A stretch of 64,000 bases of DNA, from the IMG/VR virus record IMGVR_UViG_3300011113_000649, positions 32,001-96,000 of that record, one strand, 5' to 3'. This document shows, in pieces, positions 1-9,438 of the stretch. The stretch's first letter is position 1. Every line of letters starts with the position of its first letter. The position numbers were made by a program, and so were the translations under genes. Origin of the DNA: a virus. The notes under the pieces were generated by a model that was given only the letters and a program-made list of their open reading frames with translations, had not been told where the DNA came from and made no database searches.

Positions 1-572
1 GCATCAATTAATTTATTTATTAACTCAAATAAAAAATAATTTCTATATTGTGAATCAGATATTATATTTTGTAATATTTTTGCATCAGCGGTTGATAGAT
101 AATAAATATCATCAATATAATTAGGCAAATCAAAACTAATATTATCAATCTGGTTACGATTTATAATACATCCTATATGTTTTTTATTATTTGGGGTTAT
201 TACAATTTGAGTACCTAGACTAGTATCAAATCTATTAAATAATTTTTGATCAAATATAGTATAGCCAAAAACTATTAAGGTATCAGTTGTTAAATAATTT
301 TTAGTCAAGTATATACTGTGTCCGTCGCTAGTAGATTCATAGTCTGTATTATTTATATACGATACATCTTTGTAATTTTTCTTTATAAATGTCTCAATTT
401 TTTTAGATTCAAACCCGCCAACATAAACAACCTCAGCGTTTGGATAATATCTTTTAATAGTATCGTATTGATGTTGAAATATAGTATAATTTTTTTTTAA
501 CTTGATTAATCCGGCACATCCTTTAGACTTCATGCCTTTGTGATATTTATCGCCTAAAATAAGAAAATTCAT
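1..572 (-). CDS. Nucleotidyltransferase-like protein (partial, runs off window)
   Basis: Own translation from ATG at 572: MNFLILGDKYHKGMKSKGCAGLIKL...VYVGGFE...INNTDYE...LIVFGY resembles NTP_transferase N-terminus; start overlaps the stop of 569..1321. Confidence 0.55.
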   Translation of the reverse strand, partial: MNFLILGDKYHKGMKSKGCAGLIKLKKNYTIFQHQYDTIKRYYPNAEVVYVGGFESKKIETFIKKNYKDVSYINNTDYESTSDGHSIYLTKNYLTTDTLIVFGYTIFDQKLFNRFDTSLGTQIVITPNNKKHIGCIINRNQIDNISFDLPNYIDDIYYLSTADAKILQNIISDSQYRNYFLFELINKLID

Positions 573-1321
573 ATAATTATATGTGTAGAATTGTCTTGTA
601 AAATATCTGTTTTTTCTATAAGCAGGGAGTGCCTATAGTTTGGAGCACTAAATAGTATCGCTGATTTGTCGGAGTTTCTTATCGCTATAAATCTATCCAT
701 TTCTTCGTACACAATTGAATTAGCATGATTAACAATATTATTTATATCATTATTAATGGAGGTTGTAGACAAAATAAATCTATATTTTTTGTTCAGATTC
801 ACGACCTCGTGTAAAATATCTTCATATTTTTTGTCGAACAACATAGTTTGGACACGCCATTTACATTTAAGACCAGCGTTTTCTATTATTTCTTTAATCA
901 GATTATATGGTAATTTTTTATCGTCTTGCTGATATCTGATAAAAATAATTTTACTAGGTTTTATGGTTAGGTTATGTAATATTGTAGTTAATTCTTTTAC
1001 ATCGTTGTCTGTAATTTTTTTGAGATCAATCACAAGCAAGTAATGCAAATAGTTGCTTTCTTTGTATTTATTAATTTTTTCTTCTATTGATAGATGATTT
1101 AATTGTTTTTTTTCAAACCAACTATTTTCCCTGTATCCTATACATTTCTTATTATTTATAATATAGAATTCTTTATCATCATCATATGCTTCAAGTATTT
1201 CTATATTTTTTGTCTTATATAAAGAAATGTAATCTAAATGACAATCTATTTGAGTAATATCCTCATATTTTGCAAAAACACAATTTTTACATGTTGTGTG
1301 AATTGGATTTATTGTTGACAT
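569..1321 (-). CDS. Hypothetical protein, N-terminal Cys cluster
   Basis: 250-aa ORF, CKNC...C...C, coupled to neighbours. Confidence 0.6.
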   Translation of the reverse strand: MSTINPIHTTCKNCVFAKYEDITQIDCHLDYISLYKTKNIEILEAYDDDKEFYIINNKKCIGYRENSWFEKKQLNHLSIEEKINKYKESNYLHYLLVIDLKKITDNDVKELTTILHNLTIKPSKIIFIRYQQDDKKLPYNLIKEIIENAGLKCKWRVQTMLFDKKYEDILHEVVNLNKKYRFILSTTSINNDINNIVNHANSIVYEEMDRFIAIRNSDKSAILFSAPNYRHSLLIEKTDILQDNSTHIII

Positions 1322-2955
1322 CTTAGAAAGTCCTCTATTTCTAGTTTTTCTTCATTAAATCTCATGCTTTCGGCAGCCACTTTATTATTTAGATATTGCT
1401 CTAGCGCCTGTACGGCATCTTTAAACAAAAAGGTTTTTATAGTGCCATTTCTAGCAATCAGTTTAGTAGATAGATCTCTGATAATCTGTTGAACATGGGA
1501 AGTATTTATTAAATATGGTTCATTAATAATATTATTGCAAATATATTCCACAAACTCTCTAGGGTTTAAATTTCCAGGAACCGTCATATTTTCGTGTTTG
1601 GTAGTAAATTTTTCTCTTGCATTCCAGGGTACTTTATTTGTAATACTTAATTGATCAAAACATTCATCCCAGGTGTTATATACATTGTCCCATGTGTATA
1701 TGGATAAGCATTTTTCTCTGATCTTTTTAGAATTAGATATTTTTATATCATCAGACATTTCGTTAAAATATTTATATAAAAGATCTGTAGTGAAATCGTT
1801 ATCAGGATACACTCTATCAGCATTGGTTTCTAGTTCTCTAAACATTCTTTTTACCGGAATTTTTATTCCATTTAAATTTTCTACAATTTCTGTCATAGCA
1901 CTATAATCAACCGAAGCTATTTGTATGCCACACGCAGCGGCTTCTACTTGAGGCATACCAAACCCCTCGCATATAGCATATTGAATGAAGATATCAAACA
2001 AATTATATATTTCATTCAGTTCTGTGGTTGATACACTATTTGCAACACTGGCAAAACACGCAGTATTATCTACATTACAATGCTTGCATCTTATTAAGGC
2101 ATTATTAAATTTTGAAGGAAAACATTTGTGACAATTTCTGCATGTGTATGTGAAATATGTTTTATCTAATAACCCAAACTCTAATAATAGACTAGGTAAA
2201 TCCCATCCATTTTCTTCGGGATATGATGTATGTAAATATAGATATGTCTTATTGTATTTATCGGTATTTTTAATTTTATGCAAATAGTTCTTAAAAGTTA
2301 AAAGAATGTCAGGTATTAGTTTGCGCTTTTGATTCCTCATTACCAATCCAACTATATCATAGTCATCTTCAAAATATTTTCTTTTGTGAGCTTTTTTATT
2401 CTCAATCGGATAAAACTCATTAGGATTAATACCAGCATTGGCTATCTTGGGAAATATATTCAGTTTATTTCCACCACCAATTCTTAGTGTTGTTTTTGCC
2501 CACTCAGTATATGGAACAACTACATCCGCGTTTGCAAAAGTATAATACCAGTCAGTTTTTTGGGGGGCAGAATCTACTGTTGGCATTAAGACCCAGTGAA
2601 AGTGTCTACGAAATGGACTGGTTTCTTGATAAGCACTCATCCAGTAGTCTCTTACATCGAAAACTATATCCGGCTTAAAATCGAAGATGGCCCGATTAAA
2701 TCTCCACGACCCAAACTGATGTGCAGGATTACTTCTATATGAGTCAAACCTTTTATCGTCAGGGCCGACAGCATTAGGATAAAATTTCCAAGGAATTGTT
2801 CTGATCTCTGGTCTGCTACAGTCGGCATAACACCCAAGCTCTGCTACTTCATATTTGCCAGAGTTGTGAAGTCTAGTAAGAAGTTCTTTACCATATACCC
2901 CATAACCACTAGCAATAAAACTAGAATCATTAGCAATAAATACTCTTTTTTTCAT
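1309..2955 (-). CDS. GT-B (GT4-like) glycosyltransferase with Zn-ribbon insertion
   Basis: SGYG N-terminal motif, RNQKRK, EGFGMPQVEAAACG (EX7E); CRNC...CKHC insert. Confidence 0.85.
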   Translation of the reverse strand: MKKRVFIANDSSFIASGYGVYGKELLTRLHNSGKYEVAELGCYADCSRPEIRTIPWKFYPNAVGPDDKRFDSYRSNPAHQFGSWRFNRAIFDFKPDIVFDVRDYWMSAYQETSPFRRHFHWVLMPTVDSAPQKTDWYYTFANADVVVPYTEWAKTTLRIGGGNKLNIFPKIANAGINPNEFYPIENKKAHKRKYFEDDYDIVGLVMRNQKRKLIPDILLTFKNYLHKIKNTDKYNKTYLYLHTSYPEENGWDLPSLLLEFGLLDKTYFTYTCRNCHKCFPSKFNNALIRCKHCNVDNTACFASVANSVSTTELNEIYNLFDIFIQYAICEGFGMPQVEAAACGIQIASVDYSAMTEIVENLNGIKIPVKRMFRELETNADRVYPDNDFTTDLLYKYFNEMSDDIKISNSKKIREKCLSIYTWDNVYNTWDECFDQLSITNKVPWNAREKFTTKHENMTVPGNLNPREFVEYICNNIINEPYLINTSHVQQIIRDLSTKLIARNGTIKTFLFKDAVQALEQYLNNKVAAESMRFNEEKLEIEDFLRCQQ

Positions 2956-2970
2956 ATTATAGTTTCCTAG

Positions 2971-3005
2971 ATGATGAGAACCCCTATTTCTAGGGGTCTC
3001 ACCAC
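2971..3005 (-). other. Stable GNRA-capped RNA hairpin after ssb
   Basis: GTGGTGAGA-CCCCTA-GAAA-TAGGGG-T-TCTCATCAT; no U-tract. Confidence 0.6.
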
Positions 3006-3020
3006 CATTAGTTATTTGAA

Positions 3021-3392
3021 TCAGAAAGCCACCGGTTCAGCTTCTTGAGCGGTTTTAGTCCTCTTGGTCTTAACAATCTGACCAAAATTATTAACTCTAA
3101 CCTTGATGGTACTATGCTTTACGCCATCTTTTTCCCAGCTATCATTCCTAAGACTGCCCTCAACCATTACTAAATCACCCTTCTTAAAAGACGACGCAAT
3201 GGCTTCGGCACCACTATCCCATGCTTCGCATTGAATAAAAGATGTTACCTTGTCTTGTGAGCCATTAGCCTTAGTAAACTCACGAGAAGTGGCGACCGTA
3301 AAGTTGACAACAGACGTTTGCTTGTCGCCAATATTGACGGTTCTTAGTTCAGGATCTCGTGCAAGATTACCACGTATCATAACAATATTCAT
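3021..3392 (-). CDS. ssb: Single-stranded DNA-binding protein
   Basis: MNIVMIRGNLARDPELR, KGDLVMVEGSL, C-terminal EPVAF; start placed at ATG 3392 after AGGAG. Confidence 0.95.
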   Translation of the reverse strand: MNIVMIRGNLARDPELRTVNIGDKQTSVVNFTVATSREFTKANGSQDKVTSFIQCEAWDSGAEAIASSFKKGDLVMVEGSLRNDSWEKDGVKHSTIKVRVNNFGQIVKTKRTKTAQEAEPVAF

Positions 3393-3433
3393 ATATAAGC
3401 TCCTTAAAAAATAAAAAGTAACCAACTGACAAT

Positions 3434-3462
3434 ATTATAACGTTCCCGTGGTGTGGCGTCAA
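3434..3462 (-). promoter_or_regulatory. sigma70-type promoter for ssb
   Basis: TTGACG-17 nt-TATAAT. Confidence 0.8.
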
Positions 3463-5078
3463 GTTCGTGCGACGTATGCTTTTTCTACCACAAAACTATC
3501 TTTGGTCCTCGACCTAGTTCCACACACAATAATAACATTTCCTGAGAACAATATAGATTTATATTTTTTATAAACCTCTGGAAAGAATATGACAGAATCC
3601 ACGGACCCTGTACCATCAGACATTGTGACAAAGCTCATTTCCTCGCCAGGAGTTTTTCCATTTTTTGTTTTAATTGCATTTATAAAGTCTATTTCACCAC
3701 CCATTATTAAGTTATTTGTATTAATACCATTCTTAAAATCTCTACAAGTAGTATTGGTCATGCTAATATCATACATATCAACTTTAGAACAAGTGATTGA
3801 ACATCCTAAATTAGAGTCCTCTACATCCGCAATCCACTCTGGATTATCATCCAAAGAATATGGAGGATTTTGTAACATAGTTATTGCATCGCTAATAATT
3901 TTTTTTCTGTTTTTATTACTTTTACCATTTATAAATAAATCATCTAAAGCTGTCTTAAGTGATGTATAGTTTTGAATATTCTCTATAATATATGCTGATT
4001 CTTTTTTTGTCAACATTGATATTATTTCATATTCAAATAACATACAAGTTCTGGTTTTATGTACAAAAGATACCGCACCACTTTCTATTAATGCTTTAGC
4101 TGCAGTTGAATTAATATTAATTAAAATCTTAAATAATATTTCTAACCACGATAATTCTAAAAGAGATTGATTTAATTCTAAAACAATTTTTTGCAGTTTA
4201 GTAAAAACAGAAGAGCCTACTCCCTTAATGTCTGTTAATCCGAAATAAATATCGTTATTTTTTAAAATAAAAAATTCATTCATTATTCTCAGATCTGGAG
4301 TTTTGATATTAACATCCATTTCGTTGGCGTTTTGCACCAAGGCTTTAATCTCTTCATGAGGATCAATTTTATCTTTTGCAAATCTTAGATATGAAGCAAA
4401 AAATACTTTGGGGAAGTGAGCCTTAGCATATGCCGATAAGTAAGCATTAATAGCATAGCTTACACTATGAGACTTATTAAATGAATATCTTTGGCTCTTC
4501 TCAATCCAGCCGAAAATTTGTTCGGCCTCGGACTGATTAACAATTTGTGTTTTTGTTACGCCTTCTAAAAATTTAGTCCTGATTTTTGCCATTTCTTCTG
4601 GTTTTTTCTTACCAATAGCCTTACGCAACATATCGGCTTCTTGTAAATTGAACCCAGCTATGTTCTTAGCAATTTCCATTGCTTGTTCTTGATATATCAT
4701 TTCACCATATGTGGTTTTTAGAATAGGTTCTAAGGCTGGATGAAAATAGTCTAAAGATTCTTCCCCATTCTTTTTATCTATATAATGATTTGTAACGCTT
4801 TTTCCATTACGAATCGCCTCTAGCGTACCCGGCCTTAGAATAGCAATCAGAGCGGACAACTGCTCTATATTTTCTGGTTTAAGTTTTTTAGCTATTGATC
4901 TACCTAGTCTAGATTCTAGCTGAAATATTCCTTTAGTATTACCATCACCAATAAGATTCCAGGTTCTAGAACAATCTAGATTTATTTTTTCTATAGATGG
5001 ATCAAAGCTAATACTCTTACCGTGATCGTCTACCAAATCAAAACAACAACCACAACTATAACTAAATTTTTTACTCAT
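3459..5078 (-). CDS. dnaE: DNA polymerase III alpha, C-terminal half (fingers, HhH, OB)
   Basis: GIFQLES, RPG, YQEQAM, ADMLRKAIGKK, YSFNKSH, IKGVG, OB fold; likely start ATG 5078. Confidence 0.92.
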   Translation of the reverse strand: MSKKFSYSCGCCFDLVDDHGKSISFDPSIEKINLDCSRTWNLIGDGNTKGIFQLESRLGRSIAKKLKPENIEQLSALIAILRPGTLEAIRNGKSVTNHYIDKKNGEESLDYFHPALEPILKTTYGEMIYQEQAMEIAKNIAGFNLQEADMLRKAIGKKKPEEMAKIRTKFLEGVTKTQIVNQSEAEQIFGWIEKSQRYSFNKSHSVSYAINAYLSAYAKAHFPKVFFASYLRFAKDKIDPHEEIKALVQNANEMDVNIKTPDLRIMNEFFILKNNDIYFGLTDIKGVGSSVFTKLQKIVLELNQSLLELSWLEILFKILININSTAAKALIESGAVSFVHKTRTCMLFEYEIISMLTKKESAYIIENIQNYTSLKTALDDLFINGKSNKNRKKIISDAITMLQNPPYSLDDNPEWIADVEDSNLGCSITCSKVDMYDISMTNTTCRDFKNGINTNNLIMGGEIDFINAIKTKNGKTPGEEMSFVTMSDGTGSVDSVIFFPEVYKKYKSILFSGNVIIVCGTRSRTKDSFVVEKAYVART

Positions 5079-5760
5079 TAAACGAATTCTTAAACTTAAC
5101 CTTTGAAGCAATATTTCTATGTAGTTTCATAAACCTGATCATAATTTCTGCGGTATCTTTGACGTCTTTAATAGCGTCATGAGCACCCTTTTTATCTATG
5201 CCAAAATATTCTCGTAAAGAATCCAGAGTATAACTTTTCAAGTCGGGATTGTGCTCAAACCAATAAAAAATTATATTCATTACGTCTATAACATCTCTAG
5301 GATAAAAAATATCAGATGTATTTTCTTTATTAGTATTACCATATTTTTGACTTAATCTATCTATAATTTTAAGATCAAATCTATTAATATTATATCCAGC
5401 AGCTATTGGTGCGCTAAATTGACTCTTCTTGGAAGATCTTGAATGATATTTATCTAGATAATTAATAAACATATTCCAAGACTGTTGCTGCTTGGGGTAG
5501 TTTTTCCATTCATTCAAAACATCGTCTTTAGAACAGCCTTTGACCTTTGAATGAAAATCTAAAATATCTGTAGTATATACATAATCATTATTTTGTTCCA
5601 AAACTTCTGGCTTAAAATTAATATTAAACTCTGAATTCGGTATAATTTCTAGTTTAATTGGATCAATAATTACGGCCGCAATTTGTACAGGACTACAGGC
5701 TTTAGGATCCGAGCCATCGGTTTCAAAATCAAAAACACAAATTTTGTTATAATTAATCAT
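5071..5760 (-). CDS. DEDDh 3'-5' exonuclease (DnaQ-like)
   Basis: DFETDG (ExoI), YNINRFD (ExoII), HDAIKD (ExoIII). Confidence 0.88.
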   Translation of the reverse strand: MINYNKICVFDFETDGSDPKACSPVQIAAVIIDPIKLEIIPNSEFNINFKPEVLEQNNDYVYTTDILDFHSKVKGCSKDDVLNEWKNYPKQQQSWNMFINYLDKYHSRSSKKSQFSAPIAAGYNINRFDLKIIDRLSQKYGNTNKENTSDIFYPRDVIDVMNIIFYWFEHNPDLKSYTLDSLREYFGIDKKGAHDAIKDVKDTAEIMIRFMKLHRNIASKVKFKNSFNE

Positions 5761-5935
5761 TAACTTGTACTACCGTGAGTGGCTTTACTTGAATAGCTTC
5801 TGTAGACTGCGAAGCGTTCACCGCGTTTAAAACTTTGCAGCAACTAATTCTTTTATCTTGAATCTTAATATATTCTGTTCCATTTAAAGTAAATTTATCG
5901 TTTACCTTTAATTCTTTAAATTCAATTTCTTTCAT
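5753..5935 (-). CDS. Small hypothetical protein
   Basis: 60 aa, AGGAG RBS, lies between dnaE-N and exonuclease. Confidence 0.6.
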   Translation of the reverse strand: MKEIEFKELKVNDKFTLNGTEYIKIQDKRISCCKVLNAVNASQSTEAIQVKPLTVVQVND

Positions 5936-5936
5936 A

Positions 5937-7805
5937 CTAGACTCCTTGTTGTAATAAAAATCTAATGGTCATAATTTTATCTAACATCGCAACACCTAAA
6001 ATATCAAACTTAATAATTCCTATGCTTTCTAGATCTTGCATTTCCATGCCAGCAATCAGTTGTTTATTTTTGCTATCGTAAACCATAGGACAAATTTCGT
6101 TTAATGGTTCAGAACTTATAGCGATTCCAGCCGCGTGTTTTGATTGATTTGATTTAGTTCCCTCTAGCCGTATCGCTTGTTCAAATCTTTTTGCTAGTGG
6201 TCCTTGTAGTTCTCCACTTTCATCAATATAGCACCACTCTTTGAGTTTGTCAACATTGTTTTCTAGTGACCAGCGAATGATAGAAGATTCGCCAGTTTCT
6301 TCTTTCATTTCTTGAAGTTCATCGGCTATTTTAGCTTCGTCAGGTATGTTTTTAGTAATTCTATTCATTTCCTCAAAGCTAACATTACCATATACTCTTA
6401 AAACGTCTTTTAGCGCCCCGCGTCCCTTAATGGTATTAAAAGTAATCATTTGAGAAACTTTATCATACCCATACTTATTTTTAATATATTCAATGATAAC
6501 TTCTCTCTTATCTATGGGAACGTCAACATCAATATCTGGCATACTAATATGATCTTCTGAATTACGTCCAGCATTATAAAATCTATCGAACAATAAATTA
6601 TATCTTATTGGATCAATACTAGTAATCCCAATTAAGTAAGAAACCAGACAACCAGCAGCAGAGCCTCGACCGGGTCCAGGTAACCAATTATTTTTTCTTA
6701 CAAAGTTCACTATGTCTTGTACAATTAGAAAATAACTCGACAGTCCAGCACCCTGTAAAACATCTAGTTCATATTTAATTCTATCTAAATATTCTTGTTG
6801 ATTATTTTTATCTATTACTGGATTAATTTTATCTCTCCAGCCTATTCTGCATAGTTCCCTGAGATATTCATCTGGATTCATATTTTTAGGACATTGAAAC
6901 GGTGGCAATTTAGGCTTATTTAGAATATTATAGTGTTCCACCAAATCCGCCACATAATTTGTATTTTCAATTTCTTGTGATGTATGAATTTCTTTCATTT
7001 CCTCTTGAGAAGGAATATGATAATTTTCTGAAGTAAAAAAGCAAGACAACGGCGTTTCTTCGTCATTACTAATTTTTCTACTAATTTCTGGAAATGTTGT
7101 TTTTAGGTTATTGCAAAGCAAAATCCTTTGATCTATTGCGTCCTCTTTTTTACAATAGTGAGCATCTGGAGTGCAAATAACTTTTGTATTAGTTTCTTGA
7201 GCTATTTTTCTGACAGCATTTGTTAAAAGTTCTTGAACTGGTAAATTTTGTTTATCTATCAGTTGAGCCTCTAAAAATACTTTGTCTTGAAAAATTTGCT
7301 TCAAATATTCAATATGTTTTTTACCAGATTCTAACCAGTTCTCTTTTAACTGATATGATTCTAAGATTTGGTCGGATAGAGTAGAGCCTAGATGTCCAGT
7401 AATAGCAATCAAATTTCCGCTATTTATTTTGGCTATAGCTTCTAGATTAAGTCTAGGTTTATGATAATAATGCTCTGGTTTGTTAGATTCAGAAACTATC
7501 TTAATAAGATCAAGCCAACCAGCATGATTTTGTGCAAGAATGATAAAATGAGCTAACGACCTATTATCTTTATCTTGAATGGCTGGGTCTTTTTCGCAAA
7601 TATATAATTCACAACCCAGGATCGGTTTAATACCAGCCTCTTTCATAGCGCTATAGAATTTAACAGATCCGGCAATATTGCCATGATCTGTCAATGCGCA
7701 TGATGATGCCCCTATCTCTTTGCATCTGGCGGCAATTTGTTCTGGTTGACTTAATCCGTCCAATAACGAAAAATGTGAATGTACATGCAGAGGAATATAG
7801 TTCAT
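5937..7805 (-). CDS. dnaE: DNA polymerase III alpha, N-terminal half (PHP, palm, thumb)
   Basis: HVHSHFSLLDG, TDHG, DAHY, GPGRGSAAG, MPDIDVD, KHAAG, KFDILG. Confidence 0.95.
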   Translation of the reverse strand: MNYIPLHVHSHFSLLDGLSQPEQIAARCKEIGASSCALTDHGNIAGSVKFYSAMKEAGIKPILGCELYICEKDPAIQDKDNRSLAHFIILAQNHAGWLDLIKIVSESNKPEHYYHKPRLNLEAIAKINSGNLIAITGHLGSTLSDQILESYQLKENWLESGKKHIEYLKQIFQDKVFLEAQLIDKQNLPVQELLTNAVRKIAQETNTKVICTPDAHYCKKEDAIDQRILLCNNLKTTFPEISRKISNDEETPLSCFFTSENYHIPSQEEMKEIHTSQEIENTNYVADLVEHYNILNKPKLPPFQCPKNMNPDEYLRELCRIGWRDKINPVIDKNNQQEYLDRIKYELDVLQGAGLSSYFLIVQDIVNFVRKNNWLPGPGRGSAAGCLVSYLIGITSIDPIRYNLLFDRFYNAGRNSEDHISMPDIDVDVPIDKREVIIEYIKNKYGYDKVSQMITFNTIKGRGALKDVLRVYGNVSFEEMNRITKNIPDEAKIADELQEMKEETGESSIIRWSLENNVDKLKEWCYIDESGELQGPLAKRFEQAIRLEGTKSNQSKHAAGIAISSEPLNEICPMVYDSKNKQLIAGMEMQDLESIGIIKFDILGVAMLDKIMTIRFLLQQGV

Positions 7806-8833
7806 TCTGTGCTTCCGGGTGCTTTGTATTTACCAACACTATAGCCGTTGACAGTATAGTTGTCAACAACGTTTTTTATGCCGTTTAATTCGATTTCATG
7901 TTTTAGCTGTTCACACATAGTCATACAGCTTCCTTTTGCACAAACCTGATTATCTCTATATTCTATTATAGGTAATATACTATTATGGTTCTCAAACGTA
8001 TTTTTCCCAAAATAGCACAACTTAGTACATTTCCACGTTTTACTAAGCCGAGGATTTTGGCAGCGTTTAATTTCTTCAAATTTTTTACGTATTAAATTTT
8101 CTGTCGATGTTAAATCAGATTTGTCAAAACACATACTAAATGCTCCACCATCATTAATAAAGTTAATAGACATTATAATATGATCATATTCAGGATATAA
8201 TTTACTGAGAGCATAATGATATATTTTTAATTGTGGGTCTTTATATAATTTTTCTAATGTTTTTTGTTGCCCCGTCGCCCAATCTAGTCGCTTACCGGTT
8301 TTCCAATCTATTACTTCTAGTGTAGAATCATTGGCTTTTGTTATTAAGTCAATAGTTCCCTTAATAGCCAGCTTGCCTTCAATCACACCGTCTTTAGTTT
8401 CATACTTATATTCAGCCCAAGGCTTATCTATTACTATATCAAAATGTTGCTCTGGCTGAACCACGAATCTCGACCTAGGATCAAAGATGCCGTTGTGGTC
8501 TGTGAGAGCTTTATGAACCCATAGATGGGTATCTTTTAAGTCTTTTGTTGACCACTCATGGTGTTTAAACTGAGACGTGTAGTAGTCGTATACGCGTTCT
8601 GTAATATGGTCTAAATTATACTCATCAACAAATATATCACCCAAGATATCATCTACATAAGTATTTAGCTTATTTTGCTGACTTAGTTTGATACCGGCTA
8701 AAATTTCTAGAACTTTATGGACTATAGTACCCTTATCAGCCTTTTTATTTGATGGACTTCTATAGCCTAAACTATACTCTAGAAAATATTGCATTTCACA
8801 AAAGGAGTGGGTTCCATAAGAACTACTACGCAA
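7802..8833 (-). CDS. Cas4-like PD-(D/E)XK exonuclease
   Basis: GTIVH, GTIDL, IDWKTG, QLKIY, Cys cluster C...CTKLC. Confidence 0.8.
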   Translation of the reverse strand: MRSSSYGTHSFCEMQYFLEYSLGYRSPSNKKADKGTIVHKVLEILAGIKLSQQNKLNTYVDDILGDIFVDEYNLDHITERVYDYYTSQFKHHEWSTKDLKDTHLWVHKALTDHNGIFDPRSRFVVQPEQHFDIVIDKPWAEYKYETKDGVIEGKLAIKGTIDLITKANDSTLEVIDWKTGKRLDWATGQQKTLEKLYKDPQLKIYHYALSKLYPEYDHIIMSINFINDGGAFSMCFDKSDLTSTENLIRKKFEEIKRCQNPRLSKTWKCTKLCYFGKNTFENHNSILPIIEYRDNQVCAKGSCMTMCEQLKHEIELNGIKNVVDNYTVNGYSVGKYKAPGSTE

Positions 8834-8844
8834 ATATGTGATTA

Positions 8845-9438
8845 TTATGACAGCACCTTTTTCTTTTTTAGAAAATTTAATACCACCTCGTTTTGTTGAG
8901 GAATACTTAGATTCTCGTTGTAAATTACTAAATCAAAATTACTATTTGAATAATGATTAGCGTCTAAAGCAATTTCGCTAGCATGATCAGAATTGTGTGG
9001 ATTTCTAGTCAGTTTTATCACCAAACCTCCAGCATCCCTGATTGCGTCAACTTCATTAGGAAATCTACAATCTGCTATAATAGCTATTTGTGGTTTGTCT
9101 TTTTTAATTTTATTGATTGTGGCACTAGACCAAACATCATTTTTCATTTTTCTAAAAAGATCTGTTCCGACAAATTGCATGACTTCTCTTGCGGTTAGTT
9201 TTGTATTTCTCCACACTATGTCTGTTAATTCATTTTTTTTATTGTCATCACCATAACATTGATCATATGTTAAACCTAAAATATTTATACAAATATCTTT
9301 TTTGAGAGGATCAGCAAAATTATAAATTTTAGCTCCATTATATGGTTCTATAGCGCCATTAAAATATTTCGCCACAAACTCAGAGCATGTGGTTTTTCCA
9401 GACTGTTTTCTACCAGCAAAAGCTATTATATTAGTCAT
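8845..9438 (-). CDS. Deoxynucleoside monophosphate kinase
   Basis: GRKQSGKTT, FADPLK, REVMQFVGTD, DCRFPNE, HASE. Confidence 0.88.
   Translation of the reverse strand: MTNIIAFAGRKQSGKTTCSEFVAKYFNGAIEPYNGAKIYNFADPLKKDICINILGLTYDQCYGDDNKKNELTDIVWRNTKLTAREVMQFVGTDLFRKMKNDVWSSATINKIKKDKPQIAIIADCRFPNEVDAIRDAGGLVIKLTRNPHNSDHASEIALDANHYSNSNFDLVIYNENLSIPQQNEVVLNFLKKKKVLS

Noticed and set aside
2971-3005. Hairpin after ssb as intrinsic terminator
   Set aside because: No U-tract on the transcribed strand; kept as a stability or processing hairpin
3459-7805. Split intein or intron joining the dnaE halves
   Set aside because: No Cys/Ser-initiated HINT segment, no HN-C/S/T, and the gap is filled by coupled ORFs
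7802-8833. Cas4-like gene as sign of a CRISPR-Cas system
   Set aside because: No repeat-spacer array or other cas genes seen; solo Cas4-like nucleases are common in phage replication modules
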